From contig CAZWAR010000002.1 in NCBI GenBank assembly GCA_964631965.1, positions 6,207-70,206 of the forward strand: a stretch of 64,000 nt of DNA. The letters run 5' to 3'. This document shows, piece by piece, positions 27,732 to 37,750 of the stretch. The translations under genes were made by a program, and so were the position numbers. Under the pieces are notes generated by a model that worked only from the letters and a program-made list of their open reading frames with translations, did no database searches and was not told the DNA's origin. Within the stretch, counting starts at the first letter, position 1. Each line of letters begins with the position of its first letter. This stretch comes from an uncultured Gaiellales bacterium (GTDB taxonomy: Bacteria; Actinomycetota; Thermoleophilia; RBG-16-64-13).

Positions 27732-27737
27732 TATACT
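27732..27737 (+). promoter_or_regulatory. putative -10 element TATACT ~65 nt upstream of rplU
   Basis: GCTATACTGC decamer shared with the tRNA-His upstream region; followed by a 5-bp stem with UUCG tetraloop (27751-27764) in the leader. Confidence 0.25.
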
Positions 27738-27802
27738 GCGTTGCTCGTGCCCGCCTTCGGGCGGCTGCGGGCTGTCGGTAGAGAGTAATTCTAGGAGTCG
27801 GG

Positions 27803-28105
27803 ATGTTCGCCATCGTCAAGGTCGGCGGTAAGCAATACCGGGTAGAAGAAGGGCAGCAGGTCGTCGTCGATCGCGTTGACGCTGCTGAAGGCGCGACGGT
27901 CGAACTGCCTTCGCTGCTCGTCGCCGATGGAGGCGACGTCCGCCTGGCCGTCGATGGCAAGGACGCCACGGTGACTGCCGTGGTGCTGGAGCATCTGCGT
28001 GGACCGAAGATCCGCATCTCGAGGTTCAAGCCCAAGCGAGGCTGGCGCAAGAAAGCCGGTTTCCGCGCTGCGCTTACGAAGCTCGAAGTGCAGAAGATAG
28101 CTTAG
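27803..28105 (+). CDS. rplU: 50S ribosomal protein L21
   Basis: [18 protein letters not shown]... typical bL21, 100 aa. Confidence 0.95.
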   Translation: MFAIVKVGGKQYRVEEGQQVVVDRVDAAEGATVELPSLLVADGGDVRLAVDGKDATVTAVVLEHLRGPKIRISRFKPKRGWRKKAGFRAALTKLEVQKIA

Positions 28106-28119
28106 GAAGGGATAGGGTC

Positions 28120-28371
28120 ATGGCTCACAAGAAAGGCGGCGGTAGTTCCAGGAACGGCCGCGATTCGCAGGCCCAGCGTCTGGGCGTCAAAGCCTTCGCC
28201 GGCGAGACGGTCAAGGCTGGAGCCATCCTCGTCCGCCAGCGCGGCACCCGGTTCCGCCCGGGCGAGAACGTGGGCATCGGTTCAGACGATACCCTGTTCG
28301 CGACTGTACCCGGCACGGTGGAGTTCACCACCAAGAAGATCGGGCGCGTCATCAGCATCGTCGCCGAATAG
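28120..28371 (+). CDS. rpmA: 50S ribosomal protein L27 (no N-terminal propeptide)
   Basis: [24 protein letters not shown]... typical bL27, 83 aa; no Prp protease gene between rplU and rpmA. Confidence 0.95.
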   Translation: MAHKKGGGSSRNGRDSQAQRLGVKAFAGETVKAGAILVRQRGTRFRPGENVGIGSDDTLFATVPGTVEFTTKKIGRVISIVAE

Positions 28372-28589
28372 AGACCGAGCTCAGGCCTGCGTCTGTGCGC
28401 AGCCGGGCAAGGAGGCTGCTGCAGCACGAAGCCTAGAGCTCCAGAACGCACTGGCCGGCACGAGAGCGTCCTCAGTTGCGCCCGTAGCTCCGCTACGCTC
28501 GTTCCATGCGTCCTTCTCTCGCACTCGCCCAGAGGGTCCTGGCGCCGAAGCCGCGTTCCCTAGCAGCCCGTAAGCCTCTCTGCATCGTC

Positions 28590-30014
28590 ATGTTCTTCGA
28601 TCAGGCAAAGATCCATGTGGCGGCCGGGAACGGCGGGAACGGCTGCGTTTCTTTTCGCAGAGAGATGCACGTTCCCCGGGGGGGACCGGACGGCGGCGAC
28701 GGAGGCCGGGGTGGCGATGTGATCGTGGTGGGCGATCCCCAGCTTCGCGACCTGCAGCCATTCACCTACAAGATCCATTACAGGGCCGGCAACGGCCAGC
28801 CGGGTGCCGGTGCGCGCAAACACGGTGCCAACGGCGAGGACGCTATCGTGAAGGTGCCGCTTGGCACCCAACTCTGGCGGGTGCACGGAATCGAAGGTGA
28901 GGAGCCCGCCGACGACGAGCTCCTCGCGGATATCGTGACGCCGGGGGAGCCCGTGGTGATCGCCGAGGGCGGCGCCGGAGGCCGGGGCAACGCTCGCTTT
29001 GTCAACTCAGTACGCCAGGCTCCTCATTTCGCCGAGTTGGGGGAGGAGGGTGAAGGCTTCTGGATGCGTCTCTCCTTGCGTCTTGTCACCGACGCCGGCC
29101 TGGCCGGTCTTCCCAATGCCGGGAAATCGTCTCTCCTGCGCAAGCTCTCCAACGCCAAGCCCAAGGTGGCGGACTATCCCTTCACCACTCTGGAACCGAT
29201 GCTGGGAGTGGTCGACTGGACCGGCGAGGGAGACGTCTTTACCTTGGCGGATGTGCCTGGTCTGCTGGAGGGGGCGAGTGAGGGGGTCGGACTTGGACAC
29301 GAGTTCCTCGCCCATCTGGAGCGCTGTCAGGTCCTGCTGCATGTGGTCGACATCACAGGCTACTACGGAGTGGAGCCTCTGGAGGGCTTTCGCACCATCC
29401 TGGCGGAACTTGATGCTCACGCCGTGGACCTTGCCGGCAAGCCGCAGACCATCCTGCTCAACAAGATCGATGCTGTGACGCCCGAATCGGTTCGCGAGTG
29501 GGAAGAGATCTTCGCAACGGAGGTGGAGAGGCTGCGGGCCCAGGGGCATCCGGCGTTCACCTACGAGATCGAGGGCGAGACGCCTGTCGCGGGTCGTCTG
29601 GTGAGGCCGGTGTCGGCCGTGAGCGGCGCCGGTATCGCCGGACTGCTCGCGTGGGTGGGACCGCTGATCGCCCGGTTGAGCGCGCCCGAGGTCACTCCTA
29701 TGAGTGCTTTCGCCGAAACGGCAGCGGAGACGAGCGCCGTCGAGGAGCGGACGGGGGAGCGGCACGTCACGTACCGCCCGGTGCCCACCGGAGCGCGGAG
29801 TTTCGCCGTCTCCTTCGACGAGGACACCGGGTTCGCCGTGAGGGGCAAGGCCGTCAAGCGCCTCGTGAGCAGGTTTGACCTGGACAATGAAGAAGCTGTT
29901 CAATATCTGGCAGAGCGGCTGGATCGTTTGGGGGTATATGCAGCCCTCAAGTCCAGGGGTGCGCAGCCGGGCGACGAAGTCGATATCGAGGGCTATACAT
30001 TCGAGTTCCAGTAG
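28590..30014 (+). CDS. obg: GTPase Obg
   Basis: Obg fold MFFDQAKIHVAAGNGGNGCVSFRRE, G1 GLPNAGKSSLL, C-terminal Obg-CT (TGS-like) domain. Homology-based start; the ORF is open from 28506. Confidence 0.88.
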   Translation: MFFDQAKIHVAAGNGGNGCVSFRREMHVPRGGPDGGDGGRGGDVIVVGDPQLRDLQPFTYKIHYRAGNGQPGAGARKHGANGEDAIVKVPLGTQLWRVHGIEGEEPADDELLADIVTPGEPVVIAEGGAGGRGNARFVNSVRQAPHFAELGEEGEGFWMRLSLRLVTDAGLAGLPNAGKSSLLRKLSNAKPKVADYPFTTLEPMLGVVDWTGEGDVFTLADVPGLLEGASEGVGLGHEFLAHLERCQVLLHVVDITGYYGVEPLEGFRTILAELDAHAVDLAGKPQTILLNKIDAVTPESVREWEEIFATEVERLRAQGHPAFTYEIEGETPVAGRLVRPVSAVSGAGIAGLLAWVGPLIARLSAPEVTPMSAFAETAAETSAVEERTGERHVTYRPVPTGARSFAVSFDEDTGFAVRGKAVKRLVSRFDLDNEEAVQYLAERLDRLGVYAALKSRGAQPGDEVDIEGYTFEFQ

Positions 30015-30028
30015 AGCCGGAGGGTCTG

Positions 30029-31156
30029 TTGACGAGCCACAGCACAGACAAGGGCGACAGAGGCAACAAGACGATCGTGGTCAAGATCGGCTCCACCACG
30101 CTCACCACAGAGCGGGGTACGTTCCACCTGGCTCCGATGGCCGGGCTGGTATCCGAAATCTGCGCGTTGCATGCGGCCGGTAACCAGGTGCTGGTGGTCT
30201 CCTCGGGGGCCGTGTCGTCCGGCATGGGGGTCCTGCGGCGCAGGCGCCGGCCTCACGCGGTTGTCGACCTGCAGGCCGCCGCAGCCGTGGGCCAGGGTCA
30301 TCTGCTGCGCACCTACACCGAACTCTTCGCGCACGAGAACGTGGTCACAGCCCAGGTGCTCCTCACCGCCTTCGATGTGGCGGCCAGGACGCAGTACCTC
30401 AACGCCCGCAACACGCTCAAGCGGCTTCTGGAATGGAACGTGGTCCCGATCATCAACGAGAACGACACCACGTCCACGGACGAGCTCTGCTTCGGCGACA
30501 ACGACACCCTCGCCGCACAGGTGGCTCTGCTCGTCAAGGCGGACCTCCTGGTGCTGCTCACCGATACCGATGGTCTGTACACCGCCGATCCCCGGGAGGA
30601 CCCGGAGGCGCGGCTCATTACGATGGTGGACGGGCTGGGCGACCTGGATTGCGTCAACATCGGCTCTGTGAGTGCGCTCGGGAGAGGGGGCATGGGCAGT
30701 AAGGTCAACAGCGCGAGGATCGCCACCAGCGGAGGAGTGGAGACGGTGATCGCTCGGGGCACCCGTCCGGGAGTACTCGCCGCCTGTCTTGCCGGGGAGG
30801 ATGTCGGTACCCGGTTCCCGGCCCGCCCTCTCGGTCTGCCGGACTATAAGCTATGGCTCCTCTACGGGAAGCCGGCGGTTGGCAGGGTGATGGTGGATGC
30901 GGGCGCAGCCAACGCCCTGCGGGGCAAGGGCAGCCTGCTGCCGGTGGGCGTTACCGCGGTGGAAGGCGACTTCGCCGCCGGTGATGCCGTGATGGTGGTC
31001 GACGGGGAAGGTGTGGAACTGGCGAAAGGCTTGGTCAGCTACTCTAGTGAGGAACTGGACAGGACCAAAGGGATGAAGAGCGCCGAGATTGCCGAGATAC
31101 TCGCGGATGCGTCTCCAGAGGCCATCCATAGGGACTATCTCGTGCTGGTGTGCTGA
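30029..31156 (+). CDS. proB: glutamate 5-kinase
   Basis: Amino-acid kinase fold IVVKIGSTTLT, C-terminal PUA domain; TTG start 4 nt after GGAGGG. Confidence 0.9.
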   Translation: MTSHSTDKGDRGNKTIVVKIGSTTLTTERGTFHLAPMAGLVSEICALHAAGNQVLVVSSGAVSSGMGVLRRRRRPHAVVDLQAAAAVGQGHLLRTYTELFAHENVVTAQVLLTAFDVAARTQYLNARNTLKRLLEWNVVPIINENDTTSTDELCFGDNDTLAAQVALLVKADLLVLLTDTDGLYTADPREDPEARLITMVDGLGDLDCVNIGSVSALGRGGMGSKVNSARIATSGGVETVIARGTRPGVLAACLAGEDVGTRFPARPLGLPDYKLWLLYGKPAVGRVMVDAGAANALRGKGSLLPVGVTAVEGDFAAGDAVMVVDGEGVELAKGLVSYSSEELDRTKGMKSAEIAEILADASPEAIHRDYLVLVC

Positions 31157-31172
31157 AGAAGCAGGAGGAGAG

Positions 31173-32444
31173 TTGAAGACGAACGACGGGGCGAAGATAC
31201 GCGAGATAGCGATGGGGGCCAAGCAGGCTTCCCGAAGATTGGCCTTGTTCACGGCGGCCGAAAAGAACCGGGCTCTTATCGCCATGGCGGAGGCTCTGCA
31301 GCGCCGGTCGGCCGAGATCCTGGACGAGAATGCCAGAGATGTGGAAGAAGGTCGCAAGAAGGGCCTTTCGAAAGCCCTCATCGATCGACTGATTCTCGAT
31401 GAGGGGCGCCTCAAGGGCATCGCCTCGAGTCTACGGGACATCGCGGCTCTCTCCGATCCGGTTGGTGAGATCGTGGCCGGCTGGCGGACCGCGGAAGGAT
31501 TGGAAATCCAAAGGGTGCGGGTGCCATTCGGGGTGATCTGTGTGGTCTACGAAGCCCGTCCGAACGTCACAGTGGATGCGGCTGCTCTATGCCTCAAGAC
31601 CGGCAACGCCGTCATCCTACGCGGGGGTAGCGACGCCTACCGCTCCAACCGCATCCTGGCAGAGGTCATAACCGGCGCGGCGCTCAAGGCCGGTCTGCCG
31701 AAGGACGCCATCCAGTTCATGCTCGAAAAGGACCGGCAGGCGCTTGTCGAACTGTTGCAGATGCGCGACCTCGTCGATCTCGTGATCCCGCGGGGTGGTG
31801 AGGCTCTCAAGGACTTCCTCCTGGAGAACTCGAAAGTACCGGTCATCTACGCCGCCGGTGGCAACTGCCACGTCTACGTGGATGAGACCGCCGATCTCAA
31901 GAGTGCATTGGAGATCGCCGTGAACGCCAAGGTTCAGAGGCCGGGGGTCTGCAACGCCGCCGAGACCCTGCTGGTCCACGAAGCGATCGCTCCGGCGTTT
32001 ATGGCGATGGTCACCCGGAGCCTGCAGGAGCGCGACGTGAAGCTCTACGCGGACGAGCGGACCCGGGAACTGGCCGGGGATACCCTGGCCCCGCTGGAGG
32101 AAGCCACTGAGGTCCACTATGCCACCGAGTTCCTCGACCTGCGGATGGCGGTGAAGGTGGTGTCCGGGTTGGACGAAGCGGTGGAACATATCGGGCGATA
32201 CGGAACCGGGCATTCAGAGGCGATCGTGACCCGGGATGTGGAGGCGGCGCGCCGCTTCGCGCGCGCCGTGGATGCGGCTGTCGTCTACATCAACGCCTCC
32301 ACCCGTTTCACCGATGGAGGCGTGTTCGGTCTGGGGGCTGAGATCGGCATCTCCACCCAGAAGCTGCACGCTCGGGGCCCTTTGGCCCTCAAGGAACTCA
32401 CTTCTATCAAGTACGTGGTAACAGGGGAAGGGCACGTTCGCTAG
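31173..32444 (+). CDS. proA: gamma-glutamyl phosphate reductase
   Basis: ALDH-superfamily ProA; TTG 31173 directly after AGGAGG (alternative ATG at 31212). The ORF-track start 31089 overlaps proB and is unlikely. Confidence 0.88.
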   Translation: MKTNDGAKIREIAMGAKQASRRLALFTAAEKNRALIAMAEALQRRSAEILDENARDVEEGRKKGLSKALIDRLILDEGRLKGIASSLRDIAALSDPVGEIVAGWRTAEGLEIQRVRVPFGVICVVYEARPNVTVDAAALCLKTGNAVILRGGSDAYRSNRILAEVITGAALKAGLPKDAIQFMLEKDRQALVELLQMRDLVDLVIPRGGEALKDFLLENSKVPVIYAAGGNCHVYVDETADLKSALEIAVNAKVQRPGVCNAAETLLVHEAIAPAFMAMVTRSLQERDVKLYADERTRELAGDTLAPLEEATEVHYATEFLDLRMAVKVVSGLDEAVEHIGRYGTGHSEAIVTRDVEAARRFARAVDAAVVYINASTRFTDGGVFGLGAEIGISTQKLHARGPLALKELTSIKYVVTGEGHVR

Positions 32445-32472
32445 CCGTGGGGCCGGCGGGGGGCGCGACTAC

Positions 32473-33144
32473 ATGGACCAGGCCGATCCGATAGCCCGTC
32501 TGAGCGCACGGAGCGGACTGCGCCTCGGCGTCATGGGCGGGGCGTTCGATCCCATCCACATCGCCCATCTGGTGACTGCACAGGAGGCCCTGCTCCAGTT
32601 CCGTCTCGACGAGGTCGTGTTCATGCCCTCCGGTCGTCCGCCGCACAAGAAGCGGCATGTAGCGCCTTCTGAGCTTCGCTACCTGATGACCGCCGTGGCC
32701 ACAGCTTCGCATCCGCGGTTCTCCGTCTCCCGCCTCGAGATCGATCGGGCGGGGATCGGGTACACGGTGGACACGCTCGAATATCTGGCCGGGAGCCTCG
32801 CGCGCGATGCCCGAGTCTTCTTTGTCACCGGGGCCGACGCTGTTCTCGATATTCTCACCTGGAAGGAGCCTTCCCGGGTGCTGGAATTGAGCACGCTCAT
32901 CGCGGCGACCAGGCCTGGATTCGACCTGTCCCGTCTCTCTGCATTCCTGGCCTCTCTCGGGCCCGAGGCGGGTCCCGGTCCCGAGGCGAGGGTCCGCGTG
33001 ATGGAGGTGCCTGGTCTGGACATCTCGTCCACTCTGATCCGGGACAGGCTGGCTGCCGGTCTCCCCGTTCGATACCTGGTACCCGAGGCTGCCTGTCAGC
33101 TCATCGAGAAGAGCGGGATGTACCGCTCGCCGGTCCAGTCGTGA
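32473..33144 (+). CDS. nadD: nicotinate-nucleotide adenylyltransferase
   Basis: GVMGGAFDPIHIAHL (H/T-x-G-H nucleotidyltransferase motif); 223 aa. Confidence 0.9.
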   Translation: MDQADPIARLSARSGLRLGVMGGAFDPIHIAHLVTAQEALLQFRLDEVVFMPSGRPPHKKRHVAPSELRYLMTAVATASHPRFSVSRLEIDRAGIGYTVDTLEYLAGSLARDARVFFVTGADAVLDILTWKEPSRVLELSTLIAATRPGFDLSRLSAFLASLGPEAGPGPEARVRVMEVPGLDISSTLIRDRLAAGLPVRYLVPEAACQLIEKSGMYRSPVQS

Positions 33145-34001
33145 ACGGATCCGCCGGTCCCACGCCCCAGGGCCCCGGCGGGCGGGTGGAGCGGCGATCC
33201 GACCGGTACGCGGCGGGGCGGCGTTACAGGCCCGAGAAGCCGGGGCGAGGGGTGGTACCCGCCCTTGTCGCAGTGGTGGTGGTCCTGGCGGTGGCCGTGC
33301 TCTCGTCGCCGTTTTTCGCGGGCCGGTCCTCCTCAAGCGGGCGGCCCGCACAAAACGCAAGCAGCGTGTCGACCACCGCTTCGCTACCCTCGACGGCCTC
33401 GGGCGATGCGCTTCTGGTCGTGACTCAAGACGGCAGGCCGGTCCTTGCAGAGCTCTTCCATACCGGCAACGGAAAACGGGTGATCCTCGGCATCCCCGGG
33501 ATATCCATCTTCAGGTCGGCCGATGGGTTCTCACGACTGGCCGAGCTCTACGGGCAAGAGCGACCCGAGGCCGTGGCCGGTTCGGTTGCGGCCGCCCTCG
33601 ATGTCCCGCCGACCGCTGTGGCCGCCGTCGAGTGGAGGGGTTTGCAGAGCGTCCTGAGTGACGGCGCAGGGAGTCCCCGGTTCCCGGAGTCCCTCGACCC
33701 GATGGGCGCGGATGCCGGCGCGGTGGCGGCAGTCCTGGCCGCCGCGTCGGGGCCCGGTGCCGATGGACGCACGGAGACTCCCGTCTGGTGGAGAGCAGCG
33801 GCGCTCACCGGCCAGGATGCGGCCTTCCGGGCCGCTTTAGATGCGACAGCCGGCGCCAAGAGCGGGGACGCTTGGACCGGTTTGGCCCTTCCGGGGGTGA
33901 TGAGGGACTACGGTGACGGCGCCTATTTCGAGCCCGATCTCCAGGTGGCGCGGAGCATCCTGGCAGGCGCCGGGAACCAGCCCGATGGGGAGGGCCGATG
34001 A
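33141..34001 (+). CDS. membrane-anchored hypothetical protein, possibly a degenerate LCP (LytR-CpsA-Psr)-like extracytoplasmic domain
   Basis: Pro/Gly/Arg-rich N-terminus, one TM helix (VVPALVAVVVVLAVAVL), Ser-rich linker, then a ~150-aa domain (DALLVVTQDGRPVLAELFHTGNGKRVILGIPGISIF...) weakly resembling the LCP core; GTGA overlap with nadD. An LCP gene follows nadD in several Gram-positives. Confidence 0.4.
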   Translation: MNGSAGPTPQGPGGRVERRSDRYAAGRRYRPEKPGRGVVPALVAVVVVLAVAVLSSPFFAGRSSSSGRPAQNASSVSTTASLPSTASGDALLVVTQDGRPVLAELFHTGNGKRVILGIPGISIFRSADGFSRLAELYGQERPEAVAGSVAAALDVPPTAVAAVEWRGLQSVLSDGAGSPRFPESLDPMGADAGAVAAVLAAASGPGADGRTETPVWWRAAALTGQDAAFRAALDATAGAKSGDAWTGLALPGVMRDYGDGAYFEPDLQVARSILAGAGNQPDGEGR

Positions 34002-34052
34002 TGCTGGCCGCCGAGGCGGCCGACCGAGCGGACGCGTGCTATCGTAACCGCA

Positions 34053-34877
34053 ATGAGTCAGCCGAACGCCACCCTCCTCGACCACGCCGGCGGCATGTGC
34101 CGCTTCGTCGCCCATAACCTGCCCCAGGGCGTCCTGAGAGCACTTGCCCGTGCCCGCGACGCCGGCGGTGAGATGACCGCGACGATGAGCAGAGACATGC
34201 AGTCCATCCGCGAACGTGACCCGGCGGCCCGCAGCGACATCGAGATCCTCACCTGCTATCCGGGGTTGCACGCGCTGTGGTTTCATCGGGCAGCGCACGC
34301 GCTGTGGAAGCGGGAGGTGCCCCTCGCCCCCCGTCTCCTCTCCCAAGTCGGTCGCTTCGTCACCGGGATAGAGATCCATCCCGGCGCCACCCTGGGCGAA
34401 GGGCTGTTCATCGACCACGGTGCCGGTGTTGTGATAGGCGAGACGTCTGAATTGGGCAGGAATGTCACCATCTACCAGGGGGTCACCCTGGGCGGTACCG
34501 GCAAAGAGACGGGGAAGCGCCATCCCACTGTCGGCGACAACGTGGTGATCGGGGCTGGTTCTCTGCTGCTCGGGTCCATCGACGTCGGAGACAACGTGCG
34601 GGTCGGAGCGGGCAGCGTCGTCGTCCACAACGTCCCCTCCAATACCACCGTTGTCGGCAACCCCGGCCGCCCGGTCATCACCGAGGGGGCCAAGGTGGGC
34701 ATTCCCGATATCGACTACACGCACCTTCCCGACCCCGTTGCTGAGGCCATGCGCTGTCTGGTGCGTCGGGTGGTCGCACTCGAGAACGAACTCGAAGAAC
34801 AGCGAGGCAAGACCCCGCCGCCGGAGACGGACGAGGCGTGCGATCCGACGAGGCTTGATGGCGCACCCGAGATCTGA
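34053..34877 (+). CDS. cysE: serine O-acetyltransferase (hexapeptide-repeat acyltransferase)
   Basis: SAT N-terminal region plus left-handed beta-helix repeats [40 protein letters not shown]; ~50-aa C-terminal extension. Confidence 0.8.
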   Translation: MSQPNATLLDHAGGMCRFVAHNLPQGVLRALARARDAGGEMTATMSRDMQSIRERDPAARSDIEILTCYPGLHALWFHRAAHALWKREVPLAPRLLSQVGRFVTGIEIHPGATLGEGLFIDHGAGVVIGETSELGRNVTIYQGVTLGGTGKETGKRHPTVGDNVVIGAGSLLLGSIDVGDNVRVGAGSVVVHNVPSNTTVVGNPGRPVITEGAKVGIPDIDYTHLPDPVAEAMRCLVRRVVALENELEEQRGKTPPPETDEACDPTRLDGAPEI

Positions 34878-37143
34878 GCTTCGCGCCCGCCTCGCACAGG
34901 ACCTCAACGAGCGCCAGCAGGATGCCGTCTTCCACGAGGCCGGTCCGTTGCTCGTGCTCGCGGGAGCCGGCTCCGGGAAGACCCGGGTGCTCACGTACCG
35001 TCTTGCCTACCTGATCGAGAGCGGCCAGGTTCGTCCACATCAGTGCATCGCCATTACGTTCACGAACAAGGCCGCCGGAGAGATGAAGGAGCGAGTGGTG
35101 CGGCTGCTGGGGGGGACCGCCCGCTGGACCTGGGTCTCGACGTTCCACGCGTCCTGTGCGCGGATGCTGCGCCAAGACGCGCCCCTACTGGGCTACAGGA
35201 CCAACTTCACCATCTACGACGAGGACGATTCCACCCGGCTCATCCGTCACTGTCTTGAGGACCTGCGCCTGGATCCCAAGCGCTACCCCCCCAAGGCGCT
35301 GCGGAGTGTGATCTCGGACGCGAAGAACAAGCTCATCGACGTAGACGACTTCGCCCGGGGAGGCGGCGGAGCGGGCGGCACCGCCTGGGATGATGAGGGG
35401 GGTGCCTACGAAGACGAGCGTATGCACGATGTCACTGCGTCCGTCTATCGCCGTTATCAGTCCCGCCTGCTCGAGGGCAACGCTCTCGATTTCGATGACC
35501 TGCTCATGCGCATGGTTGATATCCTTCAACTCTTCCCCGAGCGCCTGGCGTACTACCGGGACCTGTTCCGCCACGTTCTGGTGGACGAGTACCAGGACAC
35601 CAACCGGGCCCAGTACCTGCTGGTGAAGCTGCTCACCGAGAAGCACCGCCAGGTGACGGTGGTCGGCGATGACGATCAGTCGGTGTACTCGTGGAGAGGC
35701 GCCGACATCCGCAACATTCTGAGCTTCGAGGACGACTTCCCCGACACAACGGTCGTCAAGCTGGAGCAGAACTACCGCTCTTACACCACCATCCTCGACG
35801 CGGCCAACGCTCTCGTGGCCCACAACCGAGGCCGGAAACCGAAGAACCTGTGGACCGATCGGGGCGCCGGCGAGCCGGTGGCGGTGCTCGAGTGCTGTGA
35901 CGAGCACGAGGAGGCCCGGCTGGTCTGCGACGAGATCGTCAGGCAACTCAAAACCCGGTCCGCATCCGACTTGGCCGTGTTCTACCGGGTGAACGCCCAA
36001 TCCCGGGTGATTGAGGACATGCTCGTGCGCCAGGGCATCGGCTACCGGGTCATCGGCGGCACGAAATTCTATCAACGGGCCGAGATCAAGGACCTCCTCG
36101 CCTACTTGAGGGTGACGGTCAACGCTTCCGACGACATCTCCCTGCTCAGGGTGATCAACACGCCCCGCCGGGGCCTGGGTGACGTGGCCGTGGGCAGGCT
36201 GCAGATGTATGTCGAAGAGAACGGAGGTTCGCTTCGCGAAGCGCTGGTCAAAGCCGAAGAGGCGGGTCTGGGAGCGGCCGCCGCCACCTCTTGCACCCGC
36301 CTGGCCGAGGATCTGGCGTCGTGGGAAGCGGCCGCAGGCAAGGTGGCCACGACGGTGCGTCGAGTCTTGCAGGAAAGTGGGCTGGCCTCGGCGCTCAAGG
36401 CCGAGCGCACTCTCGAGGCCGAGGGTCGCCTGGAGAACCTGGAGGAGTTCGTGGTGGTGGCCCAGGAGTACGACCGGCAGAACCCCGAGGGGACGCTCAC
36501 CGACTTCCTCCAGGAGATCAGCCTGTACGCCGACGTCGACAGCCTTGAGGAAAGCGAACCGCTTGTCACCCTCATGACCCTACACAACGCCAAGGGTTTG
36601 GAATTTCCCGTCGTGTTTCTCACGGGCATGGAAGAAGGGCTGTTCCCCCATTCCCGCTCGCTCGACGAACAGCGCCTCGAGGAGGAGCGCAGGCTCTGCT
36701 ACGTGGGGATCACCCGAGCGCGCGACGCCCTGTTCCTGTCCTTCGCGCGATCACGCACACTCCATGGCAGCGCCGGGTACAAGTTGCCGAGTCGCTTCTT
36801 GAGCGAGATCCCGGAAGAGTTCAAGTCGTATCCGGCGGGGCGGGGGGGGCCGAGTCTCTACACGAGGCGTGGCGCCGCGGGCGACGTCCGGGCGGTGGAG
36901 AGGTTCGGCGACCGACGCGTTCCGCGGGCGGGCGGCGGGGCCGGAGCCGCGAGACCGGAGCGGAAACAGGTGCAGGCCGGCGCCTTCGCGACGGGCGATA
37001 AGGTGGTTCACGCCAAGTTCGGGGAGGGCATGGTCCTTGGTGTCGAACCCGGGGGTATCGTGCGGGTGTTCTTCCCGGACGCCCCCGAGCCGAAGGAGAA
37101 GCGCCTGCTTCTCGATTACGCGCCGCTCAAGCGGCTTCAGTAG
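34858..37143 (+). CDS. pcrA: ATP-dependent DNA helicase PcrA/UvrD (superfamily 1A)
   Basis: Walker [12 protein letters not shown], UvrD/Rep motifs throughout; homology-based ATG 34858 (ORF open from 34651); Gly-rich insert [17 protein letters not shown]. Confidence 0.88.
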   Translation: MAHPRSELRARLAQDLNERQQDAVFHEAGPLLVLAGAGSGKTRVLTYRLAYLIESGQVRPHQCIAITFTNKAAGEMKERVVRLLGGTARWTWVSTFHASCARMLRQDAPLLGYRTNFTIYDEDDSTRLIRHCLEDLRLDPKRYPPKALRSVISDAKNKLIDVDDFARGGGGAGGTAWDDEGGAYEDERMHDVTASVYRRYQSRLLEGNALDFDDLLMRMVDILQLFPERLAYYRDLFRHVLVDEYQDTNRAQYLLVKLLTEKHRQVTVVGDDDQSVYSWRGADIRNILSFEDDFPDTTVVKLEQNYRSYTTILDAANALVAHNRGRKPKNLWTDRGAGEPVAVLECCDEHEEARLVCDEIVRQLKTRSASDLAVFYRVNAQSRVIEDMLVRQGIGYRVIGGTKFYQRAEIKDLLAYLRVTVNASDDISLLRVINTPRRGLGDVAVGRLQMYVEENGGSLREALVKAEEAGLGAAAATSCTRLAEDLASWEAAAGKVATTVRRVLQESGLASALKAERTLEAEGRLENLEEFVVVAQEYDRQNPEGTLTDFLQEISLYADVDSLEESEPLVTLMTLHNAKGLEFPVVFLTGMEEGLFPHSRSLDEQRLEEERRLCYVGITRARDALFLSFARSRTLHGSAGYKLPSRFLSEIPEEFKSYPAGRGGPSLYTRRGAAGDVRAVERFGDRRVPRAGGGAGAARPERKQVQAGAFATGDKVVHAKFGEGMVLGVEPGGIVRVFFPDAPEPKEKRLLLDYAPLKRLQ

Positions 37144-37280
37144 TTACGAGATTCCCTTCGTCGCAGGCAGGGACGTCAACCCGCCTTCCATGCAACAAGC
37201 ATTGCATGACTAGATTACGGGCTACCGAATGCACAAGCCGGCCCCCACTTGCGCGTGCAAAAAACAACTTGGTGTCGATA

Positions 37281-37326
37281 AGTGGCAAAAAGTGTTGCAG
37301 AGTGGCGCTAGGTGGCGTAAAGTGGG
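37281..37326 (+). promoter_or_regulatory. MraZ operator: five direct repeats [A/G]GTG[G/T] at exact 10-bp phasing, ending 5 nt before the mraZ start codon
   Basis: AGTGGcaaaa AGTGTtgcag AGTGGcgcta GGTGGcgtaa AGTGGgggcc; matches the known MraZ box (GTGGG at 10-bp period in E. coli; AAAGTG[G/T] in Firmicutes/Mollicutes). Confidence 0.55.
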
Positions 37327-37330
37327 GGCC

Positions 37331-37750
37331 ATGGATGAGTTGCATCTATCCGGCACCTTCGAACACACCCTGGATTCAAAGGGCCGTGTGACTCTTCCTG
37401 CTCGGTATCGCGAGTACTTCCAGGACGGTGTCATCCTCGTTCGCCTCCCCGATGGAGAGCCCTGCGTGCAGGTTTTCCATCCTCAGACGTGGGAGAGATT
37501 CGACGTGAAGAACATCGAGCCTCTTGATACCTTCAACGATCCTGACGCCGCTTGGCGCGCCCGGTCAATCTACATGAACCAGGATCAGGTGGAGCCCGAT
37601 GCTCAGGGGCGGGTTCTTCTTGGGAAACACATCGAGAAGGTGGGATTGTCGGGGAAGGTGACTATCATCGGAGCCCGTACGCACCTGGAGATCTGGGACC
37701 CCGATACCTTCGCCGAGCGGATGCGAGAAATGGAGAGCCGCCATGCCTAG
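37331..37750 (+). CDS. mraZ: division/cell-wall cluster transcriptional regulator MraZ
   Basis: Duplicated SpoVT/AbrB-like halves with the MraZ signature FEHTLDSKGRVTLPARYR; homology-based start (ORF open from 37229). Confidence 0.88.
   Translation: MDELHLSGTFEHTLDSKGRVTLPARYREYFQDGVILVRLPDGEPCVQVFHPQTWERFDVKNIEPLDTFNDPDAAWRARSIYMNQDQVEPDAQGRVLLGKHIEKVGLSGKVTIIGARTHLEIWDPDTFAERMREMESRHA

Noticed and set aside
27751-27764. Hairpin (ccgcc-UUCG-ggcgg) after rng as an intrinsic terminator
   Set aside because: No downstream U-tract; more likely a leader structure of the rplU-rpmA transcript than a terminator
34651-34857. 69-codon upstream extension of pcrA
   Set aside because: Lies inside cysE in another frame; PcrA homology starts at [21 protein letters not shown] (34858)
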